DNA of 63,249 bases, filler included, from Rhabdomonas costata (GCA_019059605.1; 48 parts of 48 records of this genome joined end to end with filler, not necessarily neighbours in it), one strand, 5' to 3'; shown: positions 37,054-49,470, numbered from the whole stretch's first letter. Program-made: numbers and translations. The notes: generated by a model from the sequence alone, not told the origin.

Positions 37054-38020
37054 CAGTAGAACCACTTCCACCAGATCGGGATCTTCGGAGCGGGGATGGT
37101 AAACCCGCAAGTCAGGATCATCAGCACGGAGTACGCCGAGCCAATCATCTGGGCCACGGCCTGGCTGGGCATCACGATCACCAGCATCACCCCCAGGAAG
37201 GTGGCAAACATCATGTACAGGAAGAACACGAGCACCCAGAAGAAGAACCACCCCCAGTTGTGGTTCATCCCGGCCTGCAATCCAGAGAGCAAGGGAGAAG
37301 CGAGAGAGCGGAGGAGGGCAAAGCCGAAGTAGGCCCGCGGTCTTTTCTGTGTACAAAGTGTGGGCAGTGTGTGGGCCTCCCAAACGCTGCGTGGCCGGCC
37401 CTTGCTCACTCAGGCGGCTCTTCCTTTTTCCTCTTGTACCGCTTCTTCTCTCCCTAGCGCAGCGGAGGGTTTGTCGATGTCACCTACAAAGGGAAGAGAG
37501 AGGGCGTGTGAACGAAACCCTGGGTACCACAGCACGGTAGCGGCAAAGGAAGGGGCTGCGGAGTCCCGAAAGGGGATGCTCACAGGAAAGGGACACCCAA
37601 AAGCAATAAGGCGGATACGGAGAGAAGTGGGTAGTGCAGAAAAAACCGGCTGGTGCGCTTTCGATTCGGTTCACGGTTCACCTGTCTGCATTATCTCGAG
37701 AGTGCTGGGCGTTTTGCATATGTCAATGTGGATGCCCAGCGAGGGGTCGCCCGAAATTCATACAGAATATATGCTGATAGTGCATATTCGTTGATGCGAG
37801 GGCGGACTCAATGAGAACATCTACTGAGCAACAGCGAGACACACCATCCAGTACAGGATGAAGCAGAACACCAAGCTGCTGAAGGCCACGTAGGGAAGCT
37901 CACAGATCCCGATAACTAGGCCAAACAGTCCAGAGGAGTACGTGCTGACGGCACGCTCGCGGTAGAACACCGCGCGCTCCGTGGTGATCAACCCCATCAC
38001 CTGGTTCATGGACATGATCC
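37054..38020 (-). CDS. ABCG/PDR-type ABC transporter transmembrane domain, partial; exons 38020-37845 and 37274-37054
   Basis: ERAVFYRERAVSTYS...ELPYVAFSSLVFCFILYWM|AGMNHNWGWFFFW...CGFTIPAPKIPIWWKWFYW. GT-AG intron. Confidence 0.92.
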
Positions 38021-38479
38021 CTTCGAAGAAAAGAGCAGTGACAGCTACGAAAGTTCACTGCCACTCTTTTTCCAATTCACTTGTTTGCCCAACTCGCTCC
38101 GTCTGTGGGGGCATGCCTGCCATTGCCATTGTAGGGAAAATGGAGCAAGCGAATTTCAAGCCGTCCCCCCACCACTAAAAAAAAAGTGNNNNNNNNNNNN
38201 NNNNNNNNNNNNNNNNNNNNNNNNNNNNNNNNTTAATTAATTAANNNNNNNNNNNNNNNNNNNNNNNNNNNNNNNNNNNNNNNNNNNNGGTTTTTGCTGT
38301 TCTTCCATTTAGGCAGCGCTTTCAACGTGAAGAAATACGGATATTCGGCACCTCCATCAAGAGCTTCCAAATTTTCTGTTCCGGTTGACTTCTGTTTGGC
38401 AACAGCATTATTAAACGAGAGAAACCGAGAACAAAACCAGTGGATTGCAACAAAAGGCACATTTTCCAACCCGGCTTGA

Positions 38480-39130
38480 TCAGCACTTCTGCAGATGGAC
38501 CACCACGTCGTCGTATGCATTCTGATCGGAAAGCACGGCAATCATGATCCTTATCATTTCCTTTTCAGAGCGTTCCACCATCATCCTCAGGTCTCGTGGT
38601 AGCGGGTTGCAATCGGAGGGAGGCCACAGCGCAAGCTCCTCGATCGTAGATTGGCGGGAACGCAGTTCTTCAACCGATCCGATCCCGGCATCTCTCATCT
38701 TCTCCGCGAGGTGCCCAAGCTCAAAGACGTGAAGCAATTGGTGAAGCCGGCAAAACCGCCTCTCCGCGGTTAGCTCCTTCTCAGTGCCTATTTCCCAGCG
38801 GAACGGAAGGAACCTGTCTCCCCCAATCAATGCACCCACACTTGAGGGATAGGTGTAGCCCGTGGGGTTGACGGTACTGCAATGCAATGTCGACACTGGA
38901 CCTACGACCAGCCGGAAGTGCTGCCGTGGTCCGCCGAGCGACAGCGGCAGTGACTCGTGAGGAGTGCGGTTGGTCATCCAGATCAGCTCCCCAGCCCGCA
39001 GCTTGATGCAGGGAACGCCCTGCAGAAGGGCCCGACAGTGCTCCAGGCTCCCATTCGGACGAACCACCGCGAATTGGTCATCAATCACCTCACAGTTCCA
39101 CACCGCCGTGCGGGAGGGAATGGAACCCGA
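38480..39130 (-). CDS. Double-stranded beta-helix (2OG-Fe(II) oxygenase-like) protein C-terminal part with SAM-like tail; 5' boundary uncertain
   Basis: GSLEHCRALL...LRAGELIWMTNRTPHESLPLSLGGPRQHFRLVVG resembles a l.aGel.w....tpH...R DSBH core. It is followed by LHQLLHVFELGHLAEKMRDAGIGSVEEL. Confidence 0.5.
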   Translation of the reverse strand, partial: SGSIPSRTAVWNCEVIDDQFAVVRPNGSLEHCRALLQGVPCIKLRAGELIWMTNRTPHESLPLSLGGPRQHFRLVVGPVSTLHCSTVNPTGYTYPSSVGALIGGDRFLPFRWEIGTEKELTAERRFCRLHQLLHVFELGHLAEKMRDAGIGSVEELRSRQSTIEELALWPPSDCNPLPRDLRMMVERSEKEMIRIMIAVLSDQNAYDDVVVHLQKC

Positions 39131-39960
39131 TGTTCTGCCACCTCCAATCCAAAATAGCGATTGCCAAGGACGCCACGAAAAGAAAGACATGGACCTTTTT
39201 GATGTGGTTATTTATTCATCCGAAAAACCAAAGCCGTGAAAGTGTCTTCCTCAGACTGAAAGGACGATCCATTTGGCCATACGACCACGGACGTACAGAA
39301 GGAGAGACCCTAACCCGCCCTTTCTTCCACCTCTCTTATAATCATCACAGTGCGTGCACAGTTTGACTCACAGCGGTTGTTAAGAAGGTGGTGAACCTTA
39401 TGCTAGTCGTATATTCTCTATATTTGCCCCCATGACGAGAGCAGCACCCAACGACGAGCGATGAGTGAATAGATCCAAAAGCTGGCCGGAAAGGCCTGCC
39501 CAAAACAANNNNNNNNNNNNNNNNNNNNNNNNNNNNNNNNNNNNNNNNNNNNTTAATTAATTAANNNNNNNNNNNNNNNNNNNNNNNNNNNNNNNNNNNN
39601 NNNNNNNNTGTTTTTGTGTTTTTTGCGTACACCGGACGGCAAGTGTGTTAACCCATAATGTTTTTGAAGGGGTAAGCGGTTTGGAAAGAAGACGTTACCG
39701 ATTGATTACCCACCGACGCTCACTACTGCAAGCAAGTTTTAGCCTTAGCTTAACGTATAACTCTATGCTCTCTCCGTTGGAACACGTTCATCTCCCCACA
39801 AACCCTTACGACAGAGGAAAGGGTGGGGTGGGGTGGGGGGCAAAAAAGCTGGCTCACTGAATGTGAATGTGCACCCACCTTTCTGTCTTGCTCTCTTCTG
39901 TTTGTAGGCTTTTCTGAAACGATCTCACTCTACGCAGTCCCATAAAAAAGGAGAATCAAA

Positions 39961-40229
39961 ATGAAGCTACATGGGTTCTGTTTCTGCTTCGTGAGCCTTG
40001 GGCTGGTCGCTTCGCTGCTTCTGGGAACCACGGCCGAGGCCAACCTGCTGCGAGGTTCCGGTGAGTTGAACACGGCCCCCGTAGACTTTTTCTGCGTCGA
40101 CGACAAGGCGACATGCGACGAAGACTGCAAGCACGTTGGCAAGCAGTGTCTCAGCTGTCCCCCTTCACTGGGCGGTGGGTGGATGTGCCCGAAACACCAA
40201 CTGCCCAAACCGGATCCTGCGCCGCTAGG
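39961..40229 (+). CDS. Secreted small cysteine-rich protein, N-terminal part
   Basis: ATG, a hydrophobic signal peptide (MKLHGFCFCFVSLGLVASLLLGTTAEA), a 6-Cys module FCVDDKATCDEDCKHVGKQCLSCPPSLGGGWMCP, then a probable GT donor near 40229. Confidence 0.55.
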
Positions 40230-40627
40230 TGCTCATCTTTTTCAGGCTTTGCTGCTCTCGGGGGTGAGGGATGGGTCAACTAACCGCCCCCCCTCGGCCA
40301 CCGTTGCTGCTCGCCGTTTTGACCAATGGCAAATGCTTTCAACAACGATCTTCATGAAGTCCTGTGCGTCACAACTGCCTTGCCCTGACAGAAACCCGAA
40401 TGGGAGCTCAACCATAAGCGGTCTGGTTCACATTTTTCTGGGAGGCGGGAAACTGAAAAACTGAGTAAACTGCTCAGGTATGAGATAACACTGCAAGCCG
40501 CATTTTTTCTTAGTTTACCCGAATTAGATAATATTTCAGAATATGTTTCAGCCATTTCCGTAGGGAGGAGGGTATCCCCTACCATCTTCGTGGGTCGCCT
40601 TTATAGTGCAATGGAGCTCAAGTTTGG

Positions 40628-40828
40628 AAGCCATGTTTGGATCGACTGTGTTACAACGTGTGCTACATATACAATGGTCCATTGAGTGCCCACCCCAACT
40701 CTGGTTCCGGGGGGTGATCCATGGGATTCGGGAGTTATTCTGGAGGTGGAACGTGAGTTGGGGTGGGCACTCAATGGACCATTGTATATGTAGCACACGT
40801 TGTAACACAGTCGATCCAAACATGGCTT
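40628..40828. repeat. 74-bp perfect inverted repeat with 53-bp spacer, ending at the contig edge
   Basis: 40628-40701 is the exact reverse complement of 40755-40828. Confidence 0.95.
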
Positions 40829-40928
40829 NNNNNNNNNNNNNNNNNNNNNNNNNNNNNNNNNNNNNNNNNNNNTTAATTAATTAANNNNNNNNNNNNNNNN
40901 NNNNNNNNNNNNNNNNNNNNNNNNNNNN

Positions 40929-41349
40929 CAGCCGCCACGTGGCCAAGCTCAATCCCTGGAGAGACGGACGCAAGGGTCAGGCGTTTGGCGGGGGGGCGGG
41001 ATGTATCAAAACCCTTACTCACCACAGAGGCGGTGTCCCTCGCACAGTACTTGCACATCAGGGGCCGGCTGCAGGACTCGCAGATCTGCCCAAACCCCAC
41101 CTTGTTCTTCGCGGTGTCTGGGCTGGCCAGGGGGGCTCGCTTGATTTCCGGGAACTCTCGAGGGGCCAGGGACAGGGAGCTGACCTGCAGCACCTCCTGC
41201 TCGTTGACCATCCCCTTCAGTGGGAACCGCCCCAGATACATGAACGAGCATTCCGATAGCAGCTCCGTGGGCAGCAGGGCGTGCGTCTCGATGGACATCA
41301 ACACTTGTCCTCCGGCGCCCAGGGCCTCGATCCGGGCCGCCCCATTAAC
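40929..41349 (-). CDS. Class III adenylate/guanylate cyclase, C-terminal exon
   Basis: After a CAG acceptor: VNGAARIEALGAGGQVLMS...LGRFPLKGMVNEQEVLQV...LAPREFP (catalytic N...R motif), followed by a CxxC...CxxC tail. Confidence 0.88.
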
Positions 41350-43667
41350 CTGTTGCGAATCAGAGCAAAAACAAGCAAACAAACGGAGCGCCTACACAAG
41401 AAAACACACTCAGATGAACGGACCCCACACGACACTGTCGGTGACCAGAGCTGTGTGCTCCCCTTGATTCGGGAAAACAGCTTTCAGTCAAAAATGTTCG
41501 AGATTAGATTAGAGACAGGCGGACCCTCACCGAAGATTTACTGACAACTCACCTTGACGCGTAGTTGAATATGGAGGTACCCTGAGCTCTGTTGAGAATG
41601 TAGTGATTGGTAGCCAACGTCACCCTGCGGCATTTCTCACTTCAGTTCTCATGGTAGGTGGGCGCCCTCTATGGGCTCCGTTTTGATTGGTTGCTACCTT
41701 TGGGCCTCAGCCACTAATACCTAATACTGTGATTGCAATGCCCATGGTTTAGGGGGTGGAACGCCTATTCCAGCGACGAGGTAGCCGTATTTCATAGGCA
41801 GGGTTTTGGTTTCGGCTTCGGTTTCGGTCTCGGGTTCGGTGCCGGTCTCTCGATCTATGCGTTGGGTTCGTATCTGGTTCAGAATTGTGTTGGGCGATCT
41901 ATTCCCAAAATGGTGGGTTGGACGTCTATCGGTGATCTGTGGAAGGGGCTCTAGGTATCTAGCGTGAAGACAAGGATGGTGATGCTACATATGGTCCTGA
42001 ATTTCCATGAACAGACCTTCCTGTTGATGTTTTGGTTCTCTTTGCAGTGTTAGCTCGGTCTCTATCAATAATGCCCTCTTTCCACACCAGAAATAGTGAC
42101 TCCGTTTTCCTCTCCGCTCACCACCCCACAATCTAACACACTCAACATNNNNNNNNNNNNNNNNNNNNNNNNNNNNNNNNNNNNNNNNNNNNTTAATTAA
42201 TTAANNNNNNNNNNNNNNNNNNNNNNNNNNNNNNNNNNNNNNNNNNNNGGTGGTGGTGAACGATGGCTTGTTCTCTGGCTTTTCGGGTTGTGTGTATGTT
42301 GGTGCTCGTCTGCTTGTGAGGCGTGGGGTAAGTTGTGGTGGGTGTGTTGTTTTTTCTGTATGTTTTTTCGCATGGCTGTACTGCTTTCTGGTTTTTAGTC
42401 TTAGATGCTGTATTTTCTGTGTGTCTGGAGACCTTTTTGTGGGCTGTACAGTCACCTGGACTTGTTTTCTGTTGGACTCCCACGATTCTGAGGTTTGTTC
42501 GGATCTGCAAAGAGCACTGGCGACGATGGTTTGTTGCATCGCTGCACCTTTAGAAGATGCGGCGAGATACCTTGCACAGACAACCCGTGCATCTTCAAGA
42601 GATACCCAATTCTCGCCCATGGCACTTGACAATTGACAATCCGGAAAATCTGGAAATTCTGGAACGGACAAACCCCCTACTTTTTGAGAGCCACCGTAAG
42701 TGAGTGGATGGATTGCTCAAGTACACGGTAGCCAATGTGCTGGTAATTGTCGGATAAATATCATTGGTGATTGTAACCGTTCTTTTGTTTGCTGCAATGC
42801 AACGCGGGCACGACAACAGATGTGATCAATCTTTTCTTTGGACCGGTAAGCTCAGATTGTGTGAGATGCTGTGTGTCGAAGTTGCTTGCATTGACGTGAC
42901 GGACTGGTTCTCAAACCAAGCTTGTTCCAACTCAGAACTATACTTGAGCTGGGGGCTGCCCACCCATTTGCCTACACTTGTGAGTCTCAAAGGCAATTAT
43001 AGTTCGGGCAACCTACTATCGCCTTCGTTCGCTGTGCTGCCCCTGCATCCTTCCCAAAATGTCATATCAGTTCTCAGTAGCCAGCCATATCTTTTTCGGC
43101 TCCTGATTTCGCCCATTGTAAGATGGCTGCTGAGGAACAGTGCCCTTCCGTAGTTGTCGAGCTGCAGGTTTTTGGGGATTCAGAGTGATGACCAATTTCT
43201 CTCTCCCTCCCCTGCCCTTTTTTTTTCGGACACAAGAGCTTTCTGCATCCGTCGATTTCTCCTCATTCACGGATGCGAAGTTGATGATATGCGCATTCCT
43301 TTTTTTTAAACCTTTTTAAACCCATTTTTTTAATAATTCCTTTACCTTTTCACTCGTTTTTCTTTTTGTCAAATCTCTGAATTGAAAATGTAAGGCAGCC
43401 TACGAGAACTTCGCTTGGCCTGATCGCATTCTGCACGATGCCACCCTTACTGTAACCACAACCAACCCNNNNNNNNNNNNNNNNNNNNNNNNNNNNNNNN
43501 NNNNNNNNNNNNTTAATTAATTAANNNNNNNNNNNNNNNNNNNNNNNNNNNNNNNNNNNNNNNNNNNNGTTGTGGTTTCATGGTGCGTTGGGTTGATGGT
43601 GTGAGGGTTCACGTTCTGAGGTCTGTGGGTTCATGGTGCGTAGGATTAGGGCTAATTGTGTGTGTAA

Positions 43668-44009
43668 GGGCTCAACATCCCCCCCCCCCTCTCCACTTTT
43701 TTCATAGAGGCGCAGGGTAGCATATATCCATTTGTTCGACATTTCTGTGAATCGCTTTGCGGCGGCCAGACGCAGACTCGGCGCGGCCACCCCCACCCGA
43801 ATTTTCGTGAAACAGTGGTTCAAGTTTCTGCACCGAAGCTCGTGACCTACCGAACAACCCGTGTAGTTCATCCCGGAGGGGGTGGGTCGAATTTCAGCCT
43901 CACGCTGAGCCATGTTACAGGGTTCATTTTGAACCCTGCGTTCATGCGATCATGCGAGCTACCGGAGCTCTATGAAAAAAGTGGAGAGGGGGGGGGGGAT
44001 GTTGAGCCC
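43668..44009. mobile_element. 342-bp MITE-like element with 42-bp perfect terminal inverted repeats
   Basis: gggctcaacat-C11-tctccacttttttcatagag (43668-43709) and its exact reverse complement (43968-44009). No clear target-site duplication. Confidence 0.7.
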
Positions 44010-45227
44010 GCAAAGAAACGAATTGATACAAATGGCCCTTCCTTCATTGAACATTGCATTGTAGCCCAAAACACACAAAGAGCCGGTTCAAAAGAGCCGG
44101 GCAACGAGAAAACAGGGTACTGCAATGCCAAGACGCTACAGGAAAACCTCAGGGACAATGTCCAACAAGAAGAGGCGGGACACGAGTAGCTGGAGCAGAA
44201 CGAAAGGTAAAAACAACGTAGCCGAACAGGAAAGAGGACATTCACCGCCTGCACGCAGCGGAGAATCCAACCGGAAGTCGGTATTGCTATCAATGGAGGG
44301 AGGGAAAGGCGGGAAACGACTGGAGAAGGTGGAGAGGGGGGAGGATCGATAGAACCAAGGAAATGACGAGAGCACGTTACTTCTCCAAAGGGCTCAGAGT
44401 TCCGCTGTTCCTAAAAACAAAGGAAAGGGAACATCAAGGAACGGGGAATGGGGTCCACGAGCCCGAACAAACCAAAAAGTACACGCAAGAAGCTAAATGG
44501 GCAAGCCACTGCGGGGCTAGCATGAAGTACTCCTGAGCTCTACTATTTGGTAAGTTACGTAACCCTGGCCGAAAACTACCGCTCAATGAGCACCCCTGCA
44601 AAGATCACAAAACAGCCCTTCCTATCTTAAGCCAAAGCAAGGGCACTCCCTCACACGCCCGTAAATGGCCTCTAGGTGAGTGCGAACCCGAAGCTCCGTT
44701 TAAGGTTGGGGCCACAACAACAGCGAAACATATTAGGCTCAGCACGCAAGTCAAAACTACCGAAAAGGGCCCTACAAACCCAAACAAANNNNNNNNNNNN
44801 NNNNNNNNNNNNNNNNNNNNNNNNNNNNNNNNTTAATTAATTAANNNNNNNNNNNNNNNNNNNNNNNNNNNNNNNNNNNNNNNNNNNNCTCGTTTCTTTT
44901 TTTTCGATTTTACTTTTCACGGCACTGCGACAAGCAGAGGCGTTCTTGAAGCGGCTGGGAGCAGCTCCACAGAAGCAATTTACAGGAAGGAACGCGAGAG
45001 AGCTCGGATGGGGAATACAAAACACAAAGACTGAAACGGGAAAAAAAGAAGTAAGCAACAAACAGACGACAGTGCAAAGGGCAAGCAGAGTGAAAACTGG
45101 AAATACGAAATAGGGGACAAAAAAGGGAACTTTTTGAATGGTCTGTGTATGAGAATTGTGCAAAACTCATTACCTTTCAGGCTCCTTTGCACCATCTCTT
45201 TTGCACTGCTCTCTGCTGCCTGCGAAG

Positions 45228-45801
45228 GCAAGCTGAACGCCACGGTGGCTTCCCTCACCAAAAAGCTGCAGCAAGAGAAGCTGCTGTCTGACGAGCTTCA
45301 AGGCAAGGTAGCTGAGCTGAGCACCACTGCACAGGTGTGCCTTTGAATCCGCTTGCTTTCCGTGTGTGGGGGAGCGGTTTGCTGGACTTTTACTAGCTTA
45401 CATGCCTTTGGCATTATTGCTTTTTTGTTAACTTCAAAGGATGTTGGCAAACCAGCTTCAGCTTGTCACATGTCACATGAGAATAGGGGAGCCACACTCA
45501 GAAGTTGATCAAATACAAGTGTCAAAAAATGCCTGCCCTGCGTTCTGTATTTTTTGTGGTCTGAACTCTGATTTGATATGTCGCGATTTGATAGGTGACG
45601 GTTGACATGTTTTGCTCCTGTGCTGTCCGCTTCGCCAGAGATAAGTACAAGCGGTCAAGCCCTTCGGAGCCGCAGATACCTGGGGGCTTTTTTTTCTGTT
45701 TGTGACTTGCACCAGGCGCTGAACACTGCGGTGTCGTCCGCCCAGAAGCAGCAGAAGACCGTGGAGAAGGGCAGCCAGGACATAGCCCTGCGGCTGCAAC
45801 G
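45228..45801 (+). CDS. Coiled-coil hypothetical protein, exons ending 45334 and 45716-45801
   Basis: KLNATVASLTKKLQQEKLLSDELQGKVAELSTTAQ | ALNTAVSSAQKQQKTVEKGSQDIALRLQR. GT-AG junctions and GC-rich codons. Confidence 0.5.
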
Positions 45802-46211
45802 GTTTACGACCTTTCCCGCCTGTCCTTTCGGAAAACGATGCCCAGCTTCCAGCTGCCCCGGATATCGTTTCTTTTCCTTCTGCCGCCACAGACATACACA
45901 CCCAGCCTCACAGACCCGAGCTGCAATGGAGTAGTTCGTGCAACCGTTTGATCAGAGCAGCTGCGCGACAAAGGCTCGGGACCGGAATAAGTGGAACATT
46001 CGCGGTCAGTACCGGAGAAGAGGGAGAGCAGGTGTGTGTGTGTGCTTTGATCAGGGAATGCGTGCATGAGTCCACACCCACACCCACACACACACCCACA
46101 CCCCCCCCCNNNNNNNNNNNNNNNNNNNNNNNNNNNNNNNNNNNNNNNNNNNNTTAATTAATTAANNNNNNNNNNNNNNNNNNNNNNNNNNNNNNNNNNN
46201 NNNNNNNNNAA

Positions 46212-47428
46212 TTTAATAATATATTTGTATCAGGTCAATCATCTGATTTTAAAATAATAAATGATGCACGAAAAAATTTATTTCAAAGAAGAATATTAGG
46301 TTTAGTATCTTATTATAGTGGAGCATCACCTGAATATTTCGCAACAAAAACAATACATGAAACACATGTATTAATGAGTGAATATCAAAAATCAATCTAT
46401 ATATTATTTGAAAAATTAGGTAAAAAATTGGGTCTTCGTACTTTAGATATTATGGGTCTAAATATTGATAAACATAAACAATTCGAAATCATTGATCCTG
46501 AATTCTCTTTTATTGAAAGTGCTATGTTGGCTTATGATACTATTATTGATGAAGAAGGAGGATACAAAAAGTTTGGAACTAAAGAAGAATACATGAAAAT
46601 ACGTCAAAATATTGAAAATAAAATAAAACAAATCTATAAAGATAATAACCTATCATATCCTTTTATTATCGGACCATTCGATAAAATTAATAAAGATCAT
46701 TTCTCAAAAATTCTTTTTGAAGAAATAAATAATTATAATGAAGACACTATAAATGGTCTCGTTAAAATTATCGATGGTAAAAATATTAAAACATATGAAG
46801 AAGCAAATAAATATATTGATGAAGTTATTTATAAAATAGATATTAATGATCTTTATAATAATATATTCGAATCAACTTGTCGTAGTAGAGGAGGCAAAAT
46901 TATCGATAGAGAAAATATTTTATATTGTTCCTATCCTACTGAACATACTTGTTCTCGTTATGGTCTTGAATGGGACCATAAATTAAAAGCATGTGTAAAT
47001 ACATCTCATGCTATGGAAAAAATATGTAAATCAAACGATTTAGTTTATAATACAGTAACAGGTACATGTGATATTACTGAAAAACAATGTAAAAAACGAG
47101 GCGGTAAATGGTCATTTAATGATAAAATTAATGATCAAGATTGTATGTTTGATATTGGACAACTTGTTTCAGCATCAATTTTTGGTGAACATGTTGTTAA
47201 AGCTCTTCAAGACATTTTTGATCCTGTACATTTTGAACAATGTAATGAAAATGAAAAAGATGAAGGTTATTATTGTTCTATTCCAGGATGTAAAAATGAT
47301 ACAGAATTAATTGATGGTAAATGTTATTCTTCATGTGCTAATGATCTAGATGAAGTTCAAACAAAATGTATTTCAAAATGTCCTTCTGATTATATTGATG
47401 ATGGCGAACATTGTAAAAAAACACACCC
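46212..47428 (+). CDS. Giant-virus ORF open across the whole contig: SNF2/D11-like helicase fragment fused to a Cys-rich, possibly virion/entry protein
   Basis: The N-terminal part KNLFQRRILGLVSYYSGASPEYFATKTIHETHVLMSEYQKSIY matches a Mimiviridae SF2 helicase inter-lobe motif. The rest is unrelated and Cys-rich. The contig is very AT-rich and intronless. Confidence 0.75.
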
Positions 47429-49161
47429 NNNNNNNNNNNNNNNNNNNNNNNNNNNNNNNNNNNNNNNNNNNNTTAATTAATTAANNNNNNNNNNNNNNNN
47501 NNNNNNNNNNNNNNNNNNNNNNNNNNNNCACCTCTTTTTCTTTCGCTTTCTTTGTGCGTGGCAGCAAGATGTTTAGGTTTTGTCCCCCCGTCTGGTCCTG
47601 AAGCGCTGATGTGCTCTCTCCTGCTTTTTTGTTGTTGTTGTGTGGAACGGGAAATCCCGTTTCCCATCTCTACCTGGCTTACAGCTGTGTGCTGCGTTTC
47701 TGCTGTAATTTCTTCCCAATGTCCTGAGAATGTCCTTAGGTAGGGTGTAACGAACCAAAGGATGAGTCTACAAGACAGGGGGGCTGCTTTTTTTTGGGGG
47801 GGGGGTTGACAAACGTTTAAGGCGGAAAATAACTTCACGGAAAAGGGAAAAACTTGTGTTTGACATTGCTAAAGGTTTAACACCGTTAAACAGCAAAAGT
47901 CAAATTTGGCACGTCAAGTCGGATACACCGCTGTCCGCTGGAAGCACTTTCAACAAGGTGGTCCATTAGATCCACCACGCGCACGCACACACACACACAC
48001 ACACACCTTTGTTTCATTAGAACAGTTAGCGTTGCTGAGTTTGAGTGTGACCACAATCATCGGCACTTTTGAAATCGATCCACGGCAACTACGCTGCCCG
48101 GCAGCTTTGCGACCAAAGGGCGTGACCGTAACATTGTCGATTTTGCAAACACCATGGGGTAAAACTGGAGGATGTTTTTGGTCATAAATCCAGAACCGCA
48201 AGGGGGGGTCGAACCATTTGGAACCGAACATCTGGTTTACGATTCGTTCAAGCCTTTCAATCGCTTCTTCCGTGCTTTTAAGGCTATGGAAACAACTTCA
48301 TTTCAAAGCAAAGGCTGACCCGCTCGACCTCCTAATGTGGTTGCCCCCTTCAGCTTTTCCACGGAAGTGCGGGATTTGTTCTTCAGGTCGGTGGTCTTTT
48401 CATACCGCGTGCCTTGAAAGTGATTAGTGATAGTCCCTTCCGATTATATATATGATTGTCATTTCCATCTCCAACTTGGAAAAAAAACACCGGAAACACC
48501 GTCCGGTCTCGAGACCTAAGGGGATTGGCTAATCCATTTTTTTTTGACTTGAGCGCTTGCAACCCTGACGGGGGAAACTGATTGGTTTATACACAAGTAG
48601 CAAAACGGCACCGGTGTCACCCAAATTGCACGATGTGTTCCCGCAGAAGCGCAATGTAAATCGACAAATTTTTTAACATGTTAATGGTACAGGTAAGATG
48701 GTACATAGACTTTAAATGATGCCCGCAAAGACTATGTCCCAACCACCNNNNNNNNNNNNNNNNNNNNNNNNNNNNNNNNNNNNNNNNNNNNTTAATTAAT
48801 TAANNNNNNNNNNNNNNNNNNNNNNNNNNNNNNNNNNNNNNNNNNNNGTAAGGGAGCCCGCTTTCGGCCGCCTGGTGCCCCTTTGCTTCGCTCTCCGCCG
48901 CTCCAGGCACCGCGCAACTCTGCCTACCCGCTCAAACACCACGGGCATCAGCAGCTAAGAGACCACGGAGATCGCGGAAAGAAAGCGGCCAGGTGCGGAC
49001 GAATATGAAACCAAAAAACAGCTTAAATGTTTGGAACCGTTTCAAAACGCTCGTTTTTTTTTTTTGCCATTTTTGAAAGAAAAACCGGCTTTTTTTTAGT
49101 GAATTTTGATCAGCCACCGGCCTTGGAGAGGACACATTACCACGCGCACGCACACAATCAG

Positions 49162-49470
49162 GTTTTGCGGGACCAAGCCTCTGGCCCGACCAGTGGCACG
49201 GTGTGCTCGTGGATCGGGGTGGCCGTGGTGGTATTGGCGGCAATCATGAATGAGGGCGCCGTGGACAGCCTGCAGAATGGTCTGGTGGCCTCCGTGAGCG
49301 GGGTGTTGCTGAAGGGCCGCGGCGTTGGGCTAGCCCGGGTCATGGTGTTGCTTCTGAATATCCCCGTCGCCGCGGTGGCCCTGAAGAACTACAACATCCT
49401 GCAGCTCTTCCTGCTCAGCAACCTCGTGACGTGCTGCTGCGCCGCTCCCGTGGCCATGGGCGTGTACACG
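49162..49470 (+). CDS. Sodium:solute symporter family transporter, internal exon
   Basis: 309-nt AG/GT-bounded exon encoding ...EGAVDSLQNGLVASVS...LARVMVLLLNIPVAAVALKNYNILQLFLLSNL, with several TM helices. Confidence 0.7.
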
